A program made the position numbers and the translations under genes. Below are positions 30,397 to 39,611 of a stretch of 64,000 nt of DNA, in pieces (the stretch's first letter is position 1; each line of letters opens with the position of its first letter). The stretch is from positions 32,001 to 96,000 of the IMG/VR virus record IMGVR_UViG_2871003000_000003, one strand, 5' to 3'. The notes below the pieces were generated by a model. That model was not told where the DNA came from, ran no database searches, and saw only the letters and a program-made list of their open reading frames with translations. The DNA comes from a virus (Duplodnaviria > Caudoviricetes).

Positions 30397-31501
30397 ACAT
30401 ATCTTTAACCGACAAAGTTTCTATTCCAATAAAGTCTGATCTTTTTATAACTTCTAACACCATATTCTCCATATGATATTTTCTTTGTCGTGTTACCTTT
30501 CTTTCTAATTTTGCTTTTTTAACTTTTGTTTCTATGTATCTTTTAGAAGGCTTTAATTCAACATTTTCTTTTCTTAATTCACTTAACCTTTTCCTAAACT
30601 CAATATTGCTATACCCTTGCCTTCTGGATAATTGTCTATTTAACATCTCACGATGTTGACGAACACTTCCGTCTTTACCATTTTTGAATCTAGGATTATC
30701 ATATTTTGTTCCGTCTGATAAAGTCATCAAAGTTGAAATTCCAACATCAATTCCAATTTCTCTTTTCTCTTCTTCTACTTTCACAATCTTATAAATATCT
30801 TTCATACATAGCTGTAAAAAGTAATCACCACAATTATCTTTTTTTACAGTTGTTAATATTTGTTGTTTCTTATGTAAATTCACATATTCTTCAAAATTCA
30901 TCGTGCATGATGAATCAAACCAGATATTTTTTAGGCATCCTTTAATCCCCCTAATCTTTACCTTTCCGATTTTAGCTAAATTAAAATATGCTACATTTTT
31001 ATTCTCATCATTAAAGCTCATTTTTCTCAGAAATTCTTGATATGTATAACTTGTTCTCGGATGTTTCTTTGAATAATATGGAGGTTTACTGTTCTCAATC
31101 GGTCTTTTAACTCCCTTTCCGTTTGTTTTCTTATTAGAATTTTCTCCACTCACTTGAGCATCCAATCGCTTCGACAAATCACACAAGAAAACTCCATTCT
31201 CACCAGACAAAGCACCCGCTGGAATCAATTTAATGTCTTCTCTCCTACTTCTTAACACATCCAAATACTGTTTCTTTGCAATAGACTTTACATCCGGAAA
31301 ATGAACAGTTTGTCCTCCATTCTTTTTGTCTGGTCTTTCAATTGTATTAACTTTATTTTCAAACATATCATAAACAGCCATATTACATGCTTTATGTAAA
31401 GCTAAGATAATTCTATCTATTAATTCACTCTGTTCTTTATTTGGATACATTCTAAAATTGAAAGTATACACCGGTATTTTTATAACTTTTTCAACTAGCA
31501 T
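30368..31501 (-). CDS. tnpB: TnpB/Cas12f-like RNA-guided nuclease, N-terminal part (WED/REC, RuvC-I, RuvC-II); about 466 aa if the frameshift is repaired
   Basis: FRMYPNKEQ N-terminus, IGIDVG (RuvC-I D), LSDG..YDNP, RQLSRR, IGIETLSVKDM (RuvC-II E); AGGAGG RBS inside the RT 3' end. Confidence 0.88.
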   Translation of the reverse strand: MLVEKVIKIPVYTFNFRMYPNKEQSELIDRIILALHKACNMAVYDMFENKVNTIERPDKKNGGQTVHFPDVKSIAKKQYLDVLRSRREDIKLIPAGALSGENGVFLCDLSKRLDAQVSGENSNKKTNGKGVKRPIENSKPPYYSKKHPRTSYTYQEFLRKMSFNDENKNVAYFNLAKIGKVKIRGIKGCLKNIWFDSSCTMNFEEYVNLHKKQQILTTVKKDNCGDYFLQLCMKDIYKIVKVEEEKREIGIDVGISTLMTLSDGTKYDNPRFKNGKDGSVRQHREMLNRQLSRRQGYSNIEFRKRLSELRKENVELKPSKRYIETKVKKAKLERKVTRQRKYHMENMVLEVIKRSDFIGIETLSVKDMYVKKNKSEK

Positions 31502-32276
31502 TTAACCAGACCTCCTTTTGCGACATTTCATAATTTAGTGTGTTTACAAAATCTTCTATTGCACACAAACAATATTTTGCATATTGCTTTGATTCCACAA
31601 TTAAATAGAAATCATCCATGTATCTTCCATAATATTTGACACCCAACTCTCCAGTTATAAAATGATCAAAACCAGACAAATATAATAAAGCAAATACCTG
31701 ACTAACTTGATTTCCAAGAGGCAAGCCATTTCCGCTTGTGCTATCAATAAATTTTTCACATAACCAGTACGTATCTGGATTAGATATAAAATATGAAACA
31801 ATATCTTTCAGAATATTATGATCAATATTATAGAAAAATTTTTTAATATCACCTTTAATAATCCAACAATCATATCCGTATTTCTGATATGCTAAATACA
31901 TTTGATATTTCAGACAATCCAAACCAAACAATGTTCCTTTTCCTATTTGTCCGGCATAATTCGTATATATAAATTCATTACTTAAAATAGGAAGAAGCAC
32001 ATTATCACATAAACTGTGCTGCACAATTTTGTCTTTAAAACTTCCTGCTTCTATAATTCTCTCTTTCGGTTCATATACTTTAAATCTGTTATATCTATCT
32101 ACTTCATATTGCTTTGATTCTAAAAGTTTCTTAATTTGATAAATTCCATCAAGAGCAGATAATTCAAATTTAATTCTACTTTTCGTAAAACCTTTGCCAC
32201 TTTTTGAATCTCTGTATGCTTTATATAAATTTTCAAAATCAATAATCTTATCAAAAACTGTGCTATCTTTTATCAT
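31491..32276 (-). CDS. DGR reverse transcriptase, C-terminally truncated
   Basis: EPKER, DKIVQH, GKGT, KGDIKKFF, GLPLGNQVSQ (DGR-type GxxxSQ), RYMDD; ends about 40 aa after YMDD with no FLG/thumb. Confidence 0.92.
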   Translation of the reverse strand: MIKDSTVFDKIIDFENLYKAYRDSKSGKGFTKSRIKFELSALDGIYQIKKLLESKQYEVDRYNRFKVYEPKERIIEAGSFKDKIVQHSLCDNVLLPILSNEFIYTNYAGQIGKGTLFGLDCLKYQMYLAYQKYGYDCWIIKGDIKKFFYNIDHNILKDIVSYFISNPDTYWLCEKFIDSTSGNGLPLGNQVSQVFALLYLSGFDHFITGELGVKYYGRYMDDFYLIVESKQYAKYCLCAIEDFVNTLNYEMSQKEVWLNAS

Positions 32277-32395
32277 GATATATTTTACCTTTGTATTTAT
32301 CCTGTCTAGTAAAAGACAGGAAAGGTTGTTTGCTCTTTTGATATCGGGACTCTAATTTCAGCGTTTCTCTTACTTTATTTCGTCTTCCGACCCAG

Positions 32396-32477
32396 AACGG
32401 ACGAACTCCATAATCGTTCCAATTGCAATCGTTGTAGTTCACGTTACCATTACTGTTAACAATCTGAACATAGGAAG
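32396..32477 (-). ncRNA. DGR template repeat (TR)
   Basis: 82-bp AAC/AAT-rich segment between avd and RT; differs from two VRs almost only at its adenines. Confidence 0.95.
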
Positions 32478-32502
32478 TCATATAGCAAACAACCGTTAAG
32501 AA

Positions 32503-32856
32503 TCATCTTGTTTTATCTTTGTTTCTCCAGGCTATTGTCATATATTTAATATCACATATCTTCTTCTGCCAATGTTCAACTGTATCAGATCCTATAAGAT
32601 TTAGATTCATTGACAATTCAACATAACAAGATAATTTATCACATGAAGAAATAGATCTAGTTTGCAAATCTAATCTCTTCTGTTTTTCTGCATTTATTTG
32701 TATTCTATTTGCGCTCATCAGGAAATCATATATATTCATACATTCATTCTGAATTCTTTCTATAAGCGTTTTGTATTTTGCCGGATATCTCTTTTTATTC
32801 GCTGTCACGGAATATGTATATTGCATTAAGTCGATAGCTTTTGTAATAACTTCCAT
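32503..32856 (-). CDS. avd: DGR accessory variability determinant (Avd, four-helix bundle)
   Basis: Basic helical 117-aa protein (RYPAKYK..L.ERIQ..AN..KRL..Q..W...W) directly upstream of TR-RT; start MEVITK has a GGAG RBS. Confidence 0.85.
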   Translation of the reverse strand: MEVITKAIDLMQYTYSVTANKKRYPAKYKTLIERIQNECMNIYDFLMSANRIQINAEKQKRLDLQTRSISSCDKLSCYVELSMNLNLIGSDTVEHWQKKICDIKYMTIAWRNKDKTR

Positions 32857-32901
32857 ATAAATCACTCCAATCTTGCTGAGTTTTGCTCTTCGAATACTTA
32901 C

Positions 32902-32923
32902 GAACAACGCTTACGCATTGTTC
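32902..32923 (-). promoter_or_regulatory. hairpin downstream of VR1 (candidate DGR target-recognition element)
   Basis: GAACAATGC-GTAA-GCGTTGTTC, beginning 62 bp from the VR1 end. Confidence 0.5.
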
Positions 32924-32965
32924 TGTCTTCATCTCCACAAAACGTTATCGACAAGATAAACAGAT

Positions 32966-33730
32966 TTAAGATTCGGTGATAAAAAACGGACGAACCCCAC
33001 AAACGTCCCAAAGGCAACCGTCGCAGTTCACGTCACCATCACCGTCAACACGCCGAACATAGGAAGAATCTTTTCTTGATTTCGTCTGATTTGGAGTTGA
33101 CAGCCAGTGTGGATAATTGATTAGTGGAAGTTTTTCACCACATTTTCTGAATAAATCAAAAGTCGGAATAGACAATACATCATCTTTTACAACACCATAA
33201 TCATTAAATCCATCCATACTAAGCAAGTTATTTTCAACTGGAGTAATACTATTTCCATATTTACATTTAATGTCTTTTGCAAGCTTGCACTCTTTAAGAT
33301 ATTTTCTTACAGAAGATTCTGCGTAATTATTATTGCTGCCAAAACTCATCCTCGTAAGAACTCCATACATAAAATGATATATCTTTCCATCCATTCGAAT
33401 GTTTGTCCAATAATATCCAAATTCCTCTTTAAAGTGCTTGTTCATAAAATCTTTAACGGATTCTCTAAATTCATCTTCATATCTCTCTGGATCGTTACTA
33501 TACCATTCTGGTACAATATCCTGATCGACTTTATAAGTCCACTTTGAAATATCAGAAGTGATAACATATTTCTCTGGCGGAATTAATTCTGCTCTCACAA
33601 ATTTCTTAGAAGCATTAAATTCATTATCTTCTATATCCAATTTTTCAAGCAAACTTGAATGACTTTCATTCTCTAAGGGTGCAAGTTCCACCCTATTCTT
33701 AAAAATAATTCCACTTTTAAACTCACACAT
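32966..33730 (-). CDS. DGR target protein 1 (DUF6273 / C-type-lectin-fold-like)
   Basis: NNYAESSVRKYL, LLSMDG, WLSTP, C-terminal VR ending GVRPF. Confidence 0.88.
   Translation of the reverse strand: MCEFKSGIIFKNRVELAPLENESHSSLLEKLDIEDNEFNASKKFVRAELIPPEKYVITSDISKWTYKVDQDIVPEWYSNDPERYEDEFRESVKDFMNKHFKEEFGYYWTNIRMDGKIYHFMYGVLTRMSFGSNNNYAESSVRKYLKECKLAKDIKCKYGNSITPVENNLLSMDGFNDYGVVKDDVLSIPTFDLFRKCGEKLPLINYPHWLSTPNQTKSRKDSSYVRRVDGDGDVNCDGCLWDVCGVRPFFITES
32985..33066 (-). repeat. DGR variable repeat VR1
   Basis: 82-bp ungapped match to TR; 16 mismatches, 15 at TR adenines. Confidence 0.95.
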
Positions 33731-33753
33731 AATTTATTTCTCCTTTTCCTTAT

Positions 33754-34344
33754 TTAGACAATTTCAATTTCTTCTCCAATCAGTTCTTCTAACTTTTCGC
33801 GCATCTCTTCTACGGTCATTTTCTTTAGTTTTTTTCGCTCCCAGATGAGTTCGAGGTTGTCATCATGCATGATACTGCTAATTTTTTCCATGCATTTAAT
33901 CTTATATACCCTAACTATTTCTAAACCGCTTGCCACATTTTTTAAGTTTTCGTTATAGTCTCCCAAATCCGAATATCCATCTTCGCCAATCAAAAAGCCG
34001 CCTATAACAAGTCTTTTCCCGAAATAGTTATCATTATATTCGACCACCATTCCGCTTTTTAAATCTGACTTTGTAAATTCTTTCTGCATGTAATCACTCC
34101 ATTCCAGGATCTCGTATCCTTCGCTATTGTAGTACCGATACGATGAGAACATTCCGAATCTTATATAGCACGTTTCTCCTTTGTACTCTTCATAATTTGT
34201 CTTTTCCATGTAGCTTTTACCTGTGCACCACTTCATCCCATGCTCATGCATTCTCTTGCAAAAGTCTATTGCTTCTTCCTCGGTCTTGCAATGCACCGCA
34301 ATCTTATTGTCTTTATTTTTAAATTCGTCCCAGTTAAATCTCAT
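33754..34344 (-). CDS. hypothetical phage protein
   Basis: IAVHCKTEEEA / FTKSDLKSGMVVE motifs common in Clostridia phages. Confidence 0.6.
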   Translation of the reverse strand: MRFNWDEFKNKDNKIAVHCKTEEEAIDFCKRMHEHGMKWCTGKSYMEKTNYEEYKGETCYIRFGMFSSYRYYNSEGYEILEWSDYMQKEFTKSDLKSGMVVEYNDNYFGKRLVIGGFLIGEDGYSDLGDYNENLKNVASGLEIVRVYKIKCMEKISSIMHDDNLELIWERKKLKKMTVEEMREKLEELIGEEIEIV

Positions 34345-34535
34345 CTTTTTACCTCATTCTTCCTCTCCCATATATTTTGCAGCGAACATCAATGCTCCGA
34401 CACCGAGAATAAAACCATAGAAAAATGAATCTTCTCCAATTTCATATAATCTAACACCGGCTAAACACGATGTAATTAATCCACCGATTGACATTATGTT
34501 CCAAAATGTTTTATCCATATATTATTCACCTCCAT

Positions 34536-35999
34536 TTATCCAGCAAGTTCATATTTATGTCTCAAGAATTCACCAATATCATTTACCATGTATGTATAAT
34601 TTTCTTTTTGATCTTTAATATATGTAGAATTTCTGTTAAAGAAACTTACCATCCACTCCGGAATTTCTAAATCTATGTTTGTTTCAAAGCTGTACGCAAC
34701 AACAGCAAGTAAAGAATTCATGTTTTCAGGTTCAAGAAGTTTCGATGAGTTATCAACCTCTACTGTCCAGTCATCTAACTGAATTTTATATAATTCGATG
34801 TCTTCATCAATCACATCTTCTTTAACATTTTCTTTGATAAATTCAAGAGCGTTCTGGTCTGAAGAAGCATTATCTATTACATTATTCTCTCCCACTTCGA
34901 CAAGACATTCTTCATCTTCTTTAATATGTAAATACTCTTTCATGAGAGCAGTTAAGATGTTAATTTTCTCTTTTAAAATAGCCTTACCTTTTGTATGACG
35001 ATCCTCATTTAATTTGTCAAATGTTACTCCATTTACATCTTTTTTATATAAAGACTTTTCAAATTCTTCTACAAAATCCTTAAACTTAATATCATCTAAT
35101 CCAAATTTAGCAAACTCTTTAAACACAGGGATCCAAACAATAACATTTTTTGGCACAAACACTTCTGTGAAATTATCTTTGCACACAGATTCAATCCTGC
35201 TAAAATATTCATTTACAGTATCAAAGTGTTCTTCCGTTGCGTTCTCATTTAGATATTTGCTCATGTTCTTTATTGCACTTTTCCAGTTATCAAAGAAAAA
35301 CGTTGTCATGACAGATTCACATACAAGTCTTTCTCTAATACCTTTCGATTGCTGCTTACCGGAACAAGACATACAATTTTTAAAGAATTTATTTTTCTCA
35401 GATATTGTCCTTATTTTTCTTGCATGTAAATCAATATAAGTAAATGCTTTCTGAGATGTATTCATTCCCAAATGATTGTTGTATCTTCTCACCAATTTAC
35501 TAATCTGTGACATCGTACAATGCTGATGTATTGTAATGTCAATCTGATAATCATCAAACATTTTTTTCAATTCTGGCGGTAACATTTCATATGTTTTTCT
35601 TCTCAAATCATATTCAACAGATTCCCAAATAACTTTTCCGTATTCATCTTTACAGATTTTATTATTTTCATCTTTCTTTTTTCTCTGATATTGGATAATC
35701 GGATCTTCTAAAGTAGCTGTAATTTTATAGTTTTCATGCTTAAATTTAACCAACGCAGAACTTCTTTGCATTCCATCAACAATGTATTGCTGCACAACGT
35801 CTTCGTCCAAATCTTCTTCTCCTAAGATAATTGGTGGAATATAATCATCAGTTAATACAGTTTTGATTAACTCATTCACCATTCCATTTTCCCAACAAAA
35901 CAGTCTTTGAACGTCCTGGTTATCACTGATATCCTCTTCTACTATTTCCTCCAGGTATGATTCCAGAGATAAAGTCTTTTTTCTGATTTTCTTTGCCAT
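34536..35999 (-). CDS. DUF262 (ParB/GmrSD N-terminal-like) domain protein
   Basis: VQR..W, IPPIIL, IVDGMQR, RYNN. Confidence 0.75.
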   Translation of the reverse strand: MAKKIRKKTLSLESYLEEIVEEDISDNQDVQRLFCWENGMVNELIKTVLTDDYIPPIILGEEDLDEDVVQQYIVDGMQRSSALVKFKHENYKITATLEDPIIQYQRKKKDENNKICKDEYGKVIWESVEYDLRRKTYEMLPPELKKMFDDYQIDITIHQHCTMSQISKLVRRYNNHLGMNTSQKAFTYIDLHARKIRTISEKNKFFKNCMSCSGKQQSKGIRERLVCESVMTTFFFDNWKSAIKNMSKYLNENATEEHFDTVNEYFSRIESVCKDNFTEVFVPKNVIVWIPVFKEFAKFGLDDIKFKDFVEEFEKSLYKKDVNGVTFDKLNEDRHTKGKAILKEKINILTALMKEYLHIKEDEECLVEVGENNVIDNASSDQNALEFIKENVKEDVIDEDIELYKIQLDDWTVEVDNSSKLLEPENMNSLLAVVAYSFETNIDLEIPEWMVSFFNRNSTYIKDQKENYTYMVNDIGEFLRHKYELAG

Positions 36000-36019
36000 G
36001 ATTATATTCCTCCAATTTT

Positions 36020-36664
36020 TTACTTACGTAGCAATATTTTTACATTTTCATAACGCTGCATAGATCCGAGTATCTTATCTCTATATTCTCTCTCTGTCAT
36101 ATGCAATTCTTTAAGAATCTCCTCCTGAGAATATCCAGAACAAATAAGATCAACCGCTTTTTGTTGTTTGTAAGATAAATTACTCTTGTACATTTCAATC
36201 CTATCTGTAGTAGGACAAATATTATTCTCTACTTCATCCTCCAAATTAAACCCCGAAGAGATGCTTTCTTCCAATGTATAATCTTCATCTGGGTCAACTT
36301 TCATATGTATAGAAATGTCTGTAATAATTACAGGATTTCCTTTATTATCTCTTTTAATTTTCCCTTTTTTGTCTGTTTCAAGATTACACCGCTTAAACCT
36401 GAAATTATCTCTTTTCCACGTTTCTCTTCGTCTTATAAGGTTCCCATAATAATATGTATTGAATTTACACTTTTTTGATTTATCGTATGTTTTTATGCTC
36501 TCCACGAGAATTTCTACCGCTTTTCCATAGTAGTCATCCAAATACCCTTTTGGTATATTTGTACTAGAAAAAATCTTGTCACAAATTCTTCTGATTTCCT
36601 TCATGTTGTTTCCTACATAAAATCTACATATATCGTCTATTTCTTTTTCGTCCAGTCTACTCAT
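36020..36664 (-). CDS. sigma-factor-like regulator
   Basis: LDDYY..ESIKTYD..KFNTY and C-terminal LS.KQ..GYSQEEI HTH. Confidence 0.6.
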   Translation of the reverse strand: MSRLDEKEIDDICRFYVGNNMKEIRRICDKIFSSTNIPKGYLDDYYGKAVEILVESIKTYDKSKKCKFNTYYYGNLIRRRETWKRDNFRFKRCNLETDKKGKIKRDNKGNPVIITDISIHMKVDPDEDYTLEESISSGFNLEDEVENNICPTTDRIEMYKSNLSYKQQKAVDLICSGYSQEEILKELHMTEREYRDKILGSMQRYENVKILLRK

Positions 36665-37332
36665 TTTAATGTGCCTCCTTCAGATTGTAATTCATCAAAG
36701 AAATCATCGTCTTCCACAATTCTTACTTCAAACCGCCTAGTTCCTAGCCGATTGAATGTCTTTTCAATATTCTTAATTACAACAGAACATTTCGTGTTGT
36801 CCAGAACAGATTGAATGATTATCAACTCATCTTTAATCTGTCTTCTCTTTTCTAAGATTTCTTTTTCTCTCTTGTAAAGTTTGTATCCATCGCAACCAGA
36901 TTTCCATTTTTCTAGTTCTATCTGATGCATACAGTTTGACAATTCACGATCAATATTTGCCAATTTTTTATGTAATACTGTTCTTCTTCTCGTAGCCTCT
37001 TCCACAAATTCACTGCACTGTTTTGATTTTTCAATCCACTGTACAACCTCATCACAAGGAATGTATGAGTCTTTTTTTATGTACTTCTTCTGTTCTGTTT
37101 GTACACTATCTGAATCCGTTTTGTTCTGAATAACCTCCTGATCAGACTTTGAAATAGTTTTTACTCTAAAATGAAAATTCTTCAATACTTTTGGAAGATT
37201 TTTCTGTATGTTCTCAGCTTTATCTTTTTCAAAAACCTGAGCATTACTTTTAGAACAAGTAACAGGAGACCCTTCAGAGTTTAACCTGATGTACAATTTG
37301 TCGTTAGTCACGACACAATTCATTTTAATCAC
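36661..37332 (-). CDS. hypothetical coiled-coil phage protein
   Basis: ORF with AAAGG RBS. Confidence 0.6.
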   Translation of the reverse strand: MIKMNCVVTNDKLYIRLNSEGSPVTCSKSNAQVFEKDKAENIQKNLPKVLKNFHFRVKTISKSDQEVIQNKTDSDSVQTEQKKYIKKDSYIPCDEVVQWIEKSKQCSEFVEEATRRRTVLHKKLANIDRELSNCMHQIELEKWKSGCDGYKLYKREKEILEKRRQIKDELIIIQSVLDNTKCSVVIKNIEKTFNRLGTRRFEVRIVEDDDFFDELQSEGGTLK

Positions 37333-37662
37333 CCTTTCCTTTTTTTACTTTTCATTACGTTATTCTCTACATTTGACATGATTTTCTAAAAAATTGCATC
37401 AGAAATAAACGTTTAGAAACTTGTCCACACGAATAAAAAGTAAATTTCAATATTCAGTTTTCCAATATTTGGAATTTTTAGCTGATACGCTTGACTACTT
37501 TGAAAAAAATATGTATTATACTAGTAGGGATAGCGCAAGCTGTTCTTAGCACTCCCATTTTTGGGAAATGCGTTTTTTGGTTTTAGAAGAGCCGGAACCG
37601 GAGGTGTTGGCGCACCTGTGATGGTTTTCCGTCTCTTCTTTTTTATTATGTTTACAAAAAGT

Positions 37663-37713
37663 ATATTAACACGAACACTTGTTCTTGTCAATAGTTGACA
37701 GAACGTTTGTTCG
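37663..37713 (-). promoter_or_regulatory. sigmaA promoter with two LexA (DinR/Cheo) boxes
   Basis: TTGACA (37686-91)-17 bp-TAATAT; CGAACACTTGTTCT at 37672-85 lies in the spacer; AGAACGTTTGTTCG at 37700-13. Confidence 0.8.
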
Positions 37714-38022
37714 ATTTTTTGTTCTTTTCTGTTCTTCTGTATCCGGGAAAGGATCATGAACTAATATTGTACTCATAGTTCCGATAGGTTTTATGTTCAT
37801 CAAATCTAATTGTTTTTCAGAAAACACTCTTAGCTGGTTTAAAAAGTCATCACAAATTTTTGCTATTGTTTCAGATCGCTCGATAATATCCTTGCATTCC
37901 TGAAAAGTTTTTCTTTCAAAACCTACCACCTCATTATTTTCAAGGTCTTGTTCTGCAACTAAAACTTTTTTCCCTTTACAGTGCTTAACAGCTTCTTCAA
38001 TGTCCATCAATACATATCTCAT
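37666..38022 (-). CDS. hypothetical protein
   Basis: Coupled (ATGA) to mazF. Confidence 0.5.
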   Translation of the reverse strand: MRYVLMDIEEAVKHCKGKKVLVAEQDLENNEVVGFERKTFQECKDIIERSETIAKICDDFLNQLRVFSEKQLDLMNIKPIGTMSTILVHDPFPDTEEQKRTKNRTNVLSTIDKNKCSC

Positions 38023-38390
38023 GCCACATCATCTCCCCACATAAAATTTGCGTCACATGCAATCTTTATTGCACGTTTATCGTCCATAGATGTTATCTTT
38101 CCAAGGTATTTTTCTATTCTTAATTCTGAAATATTTCTTATGCATTCGCACAAAACAATAGAATCTTTTACCAACCCTGTACCTCTTCCCTTTTTGATAA
38201 GAGTATGCGTAGGTTGGTTTATCTTTTTTAATTTTGTACTAAATGGTATAACGATGGTTGTTGCAGCGAAATGATTTCCTATATCATTCTGTACAATAAT
38301 TGCTGGTCTTTTCCCGCCTTGTTCACTTCCTATAGTGTTATCTCCAAAGTCAACCATTACAATATCAAATTTTTCAAATTTAATTTTCAT
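38019..38390 (-). CDS. mazF: MazF/PemK-family endoribonuclease
   Basis: GSEQGGKRPAIIVQNDIGN..TTIVIP, GLVKDSIVLCE.IRNI. Confidence 0.9.
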   Translation of the reverse strand: MKIKFEKFDIVMVDFGDNTIGSEQGGKRPAIIVQNDIGNHFAATTIVIPFSTKLKKINQPTHTLIKKGRGTGLVKDSIVLCECIRNISELRIEKYLGKITSMDDKRAIKIACDANFMWGDDVA

Positions 38391-38563
38391 AATTACGCAT
38401 CCTCCTTTCTCCTAATCTATGTACTTCTCTCTTTCGATATCATAAGTATATACTCTTTACAGTATATTGTCAAGAGTATATTCAATAAAATATATTTATT
38501 TTTTAAAGAATATATGCTAAACTATATACTGTAAACAATATATAACGAACAGGTGGTGAATAC

Positions 38564-38830
38564 ATGCGCTTAGATATTAAAGATCTGGTAGATAAAAAAT
38601 TTCAGAATAAAAATCAATTTGCAAAAGCGATCGGGGTCGGGTATCCTGCGGCATGTAAACTTTACGATGGAGATACAAGCAAAATAAATTTTGACACACT
38701 AGAAAGAATATGTATCGCACTAGAATGTACTCCAACTGATTTATTCAAATCTGAGGATCCAGCGTTAAATAGACTTCTTTTATATTATTGCAAGTTACAT
38801 GAATCCAATGAAAAAGACGATACAGAATAA
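38564..38830 (+). CDS. Cro/CI-type HTH regulator (HTH_26)
   Basis: INFDTLERICIALECTPTDLF; divergent from mazF. Confidence 0.85.
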   Translation: MRLDIKDLVDKKFQNKNQFAKAIGVGYPAACKLYDGDTSKINFDTLERICIALECTPTDLFKSEDPALNRLLLYYCKLHESNEKDDTE

Positions 38831-38839
38831 GTATCGTCT
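38813..38839. terminator. hairpin between convergent genes
   Basis: AAGACGATAC-AGAATAA-GTATCGTCTT. Confidence 0.55.
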
Positions 38840-39255
38840 TACATATATTTATTACATCTTTATTATTTCTTTAGCTTTTCTAGCTGCTATATCCCAGTTT
38901 ACTTCTATCCCGGAATCAATGCTATACCATGTATCTTGGCTTTCACTGTACTGCAACACATTCCAACACCATAAGTTTGACTTTTCTTTGTGCGGTTCTA
39001 AAACTACTTTTCTCATAACATTTACACCTCCCAGATGAAAGTTAAATTCTATTTATATTTATATGTTGATAATTTCGACATCCTCCTTTGGAACGGTATG
39101 CCAATCGTCATAGAAGTAAATATATAATAAATCTGGATTAGGATGTACTCTATACGCAACATATTTATTTACTTCTAAAATCCCAAATCTTTTAAGTAAA
39201 CATTTCTTTACCATACAAAATCACCAACCTTTTTATATTTTTAAATAATTTTTAT

Positions 39256-39606
39256 CTAACATTCTTCCATATATGGATTATCTTTTAACCTATAATCACA
39301 TCCTTTTGCTAACAAAAATTGTTCCCATTTCAATTTATCTTCGCTTGTTAAAGAAAAATCCACTTCCAAACCACAATCATAAACTGTTGGCATCTTTAAA
39401 GTGATTATATCCTCTATCTCAAATTCTCCACCTTCGCCATCATCCCAACCACCAGTTGTCATTTCTACTGTGATTTTATTCCATTCTTTGTCTCTTTCAA
39501 TGTTTACAATCTTAGTAGGATTGAACATTTCAGTAAGAATAAATTTAATTTCTTCATCTGTTAAACTAAGAAATTCTCTGTATTGTAACATATAATTACA
39601 CCTCAC
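39256..39606 (-). CDS. hypothetical protein
   Basis: ORF in operon. Confidence 0.5.
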   Translation of the reverse strand: MRCNYMLQYREFLSLTDEEIKFILTEMFNPTKIVNIERDKEWNKITVEMTTGGWDDGEGGEFEIEDIITLKMPTVYDCGLEVDFSLTSEDKLKWEQFLLAKGCDYRLKDNPYMEEC

Positions 39607-39611
39607 GGATT

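Noticed and set aside
30097-31501. Ordinary IS605/IS607 transposon
   Set aside because: No tnpA or recognisable IS ends flank it; it is followed by a CRISPR leader and array
31491-32276. RT as group II intron, retron or CRISPR RT-Cas1
   Set aside because: GxxxSQ motif, avd and A-specific TR/VR pairs identify a DGR RT; no Cas1, maturase or VTG motif
32263-32481. 72-aa ORF resembling the target C-terminus
   Set aside because: It is the translation of the TR RNA, not a likely protein gene
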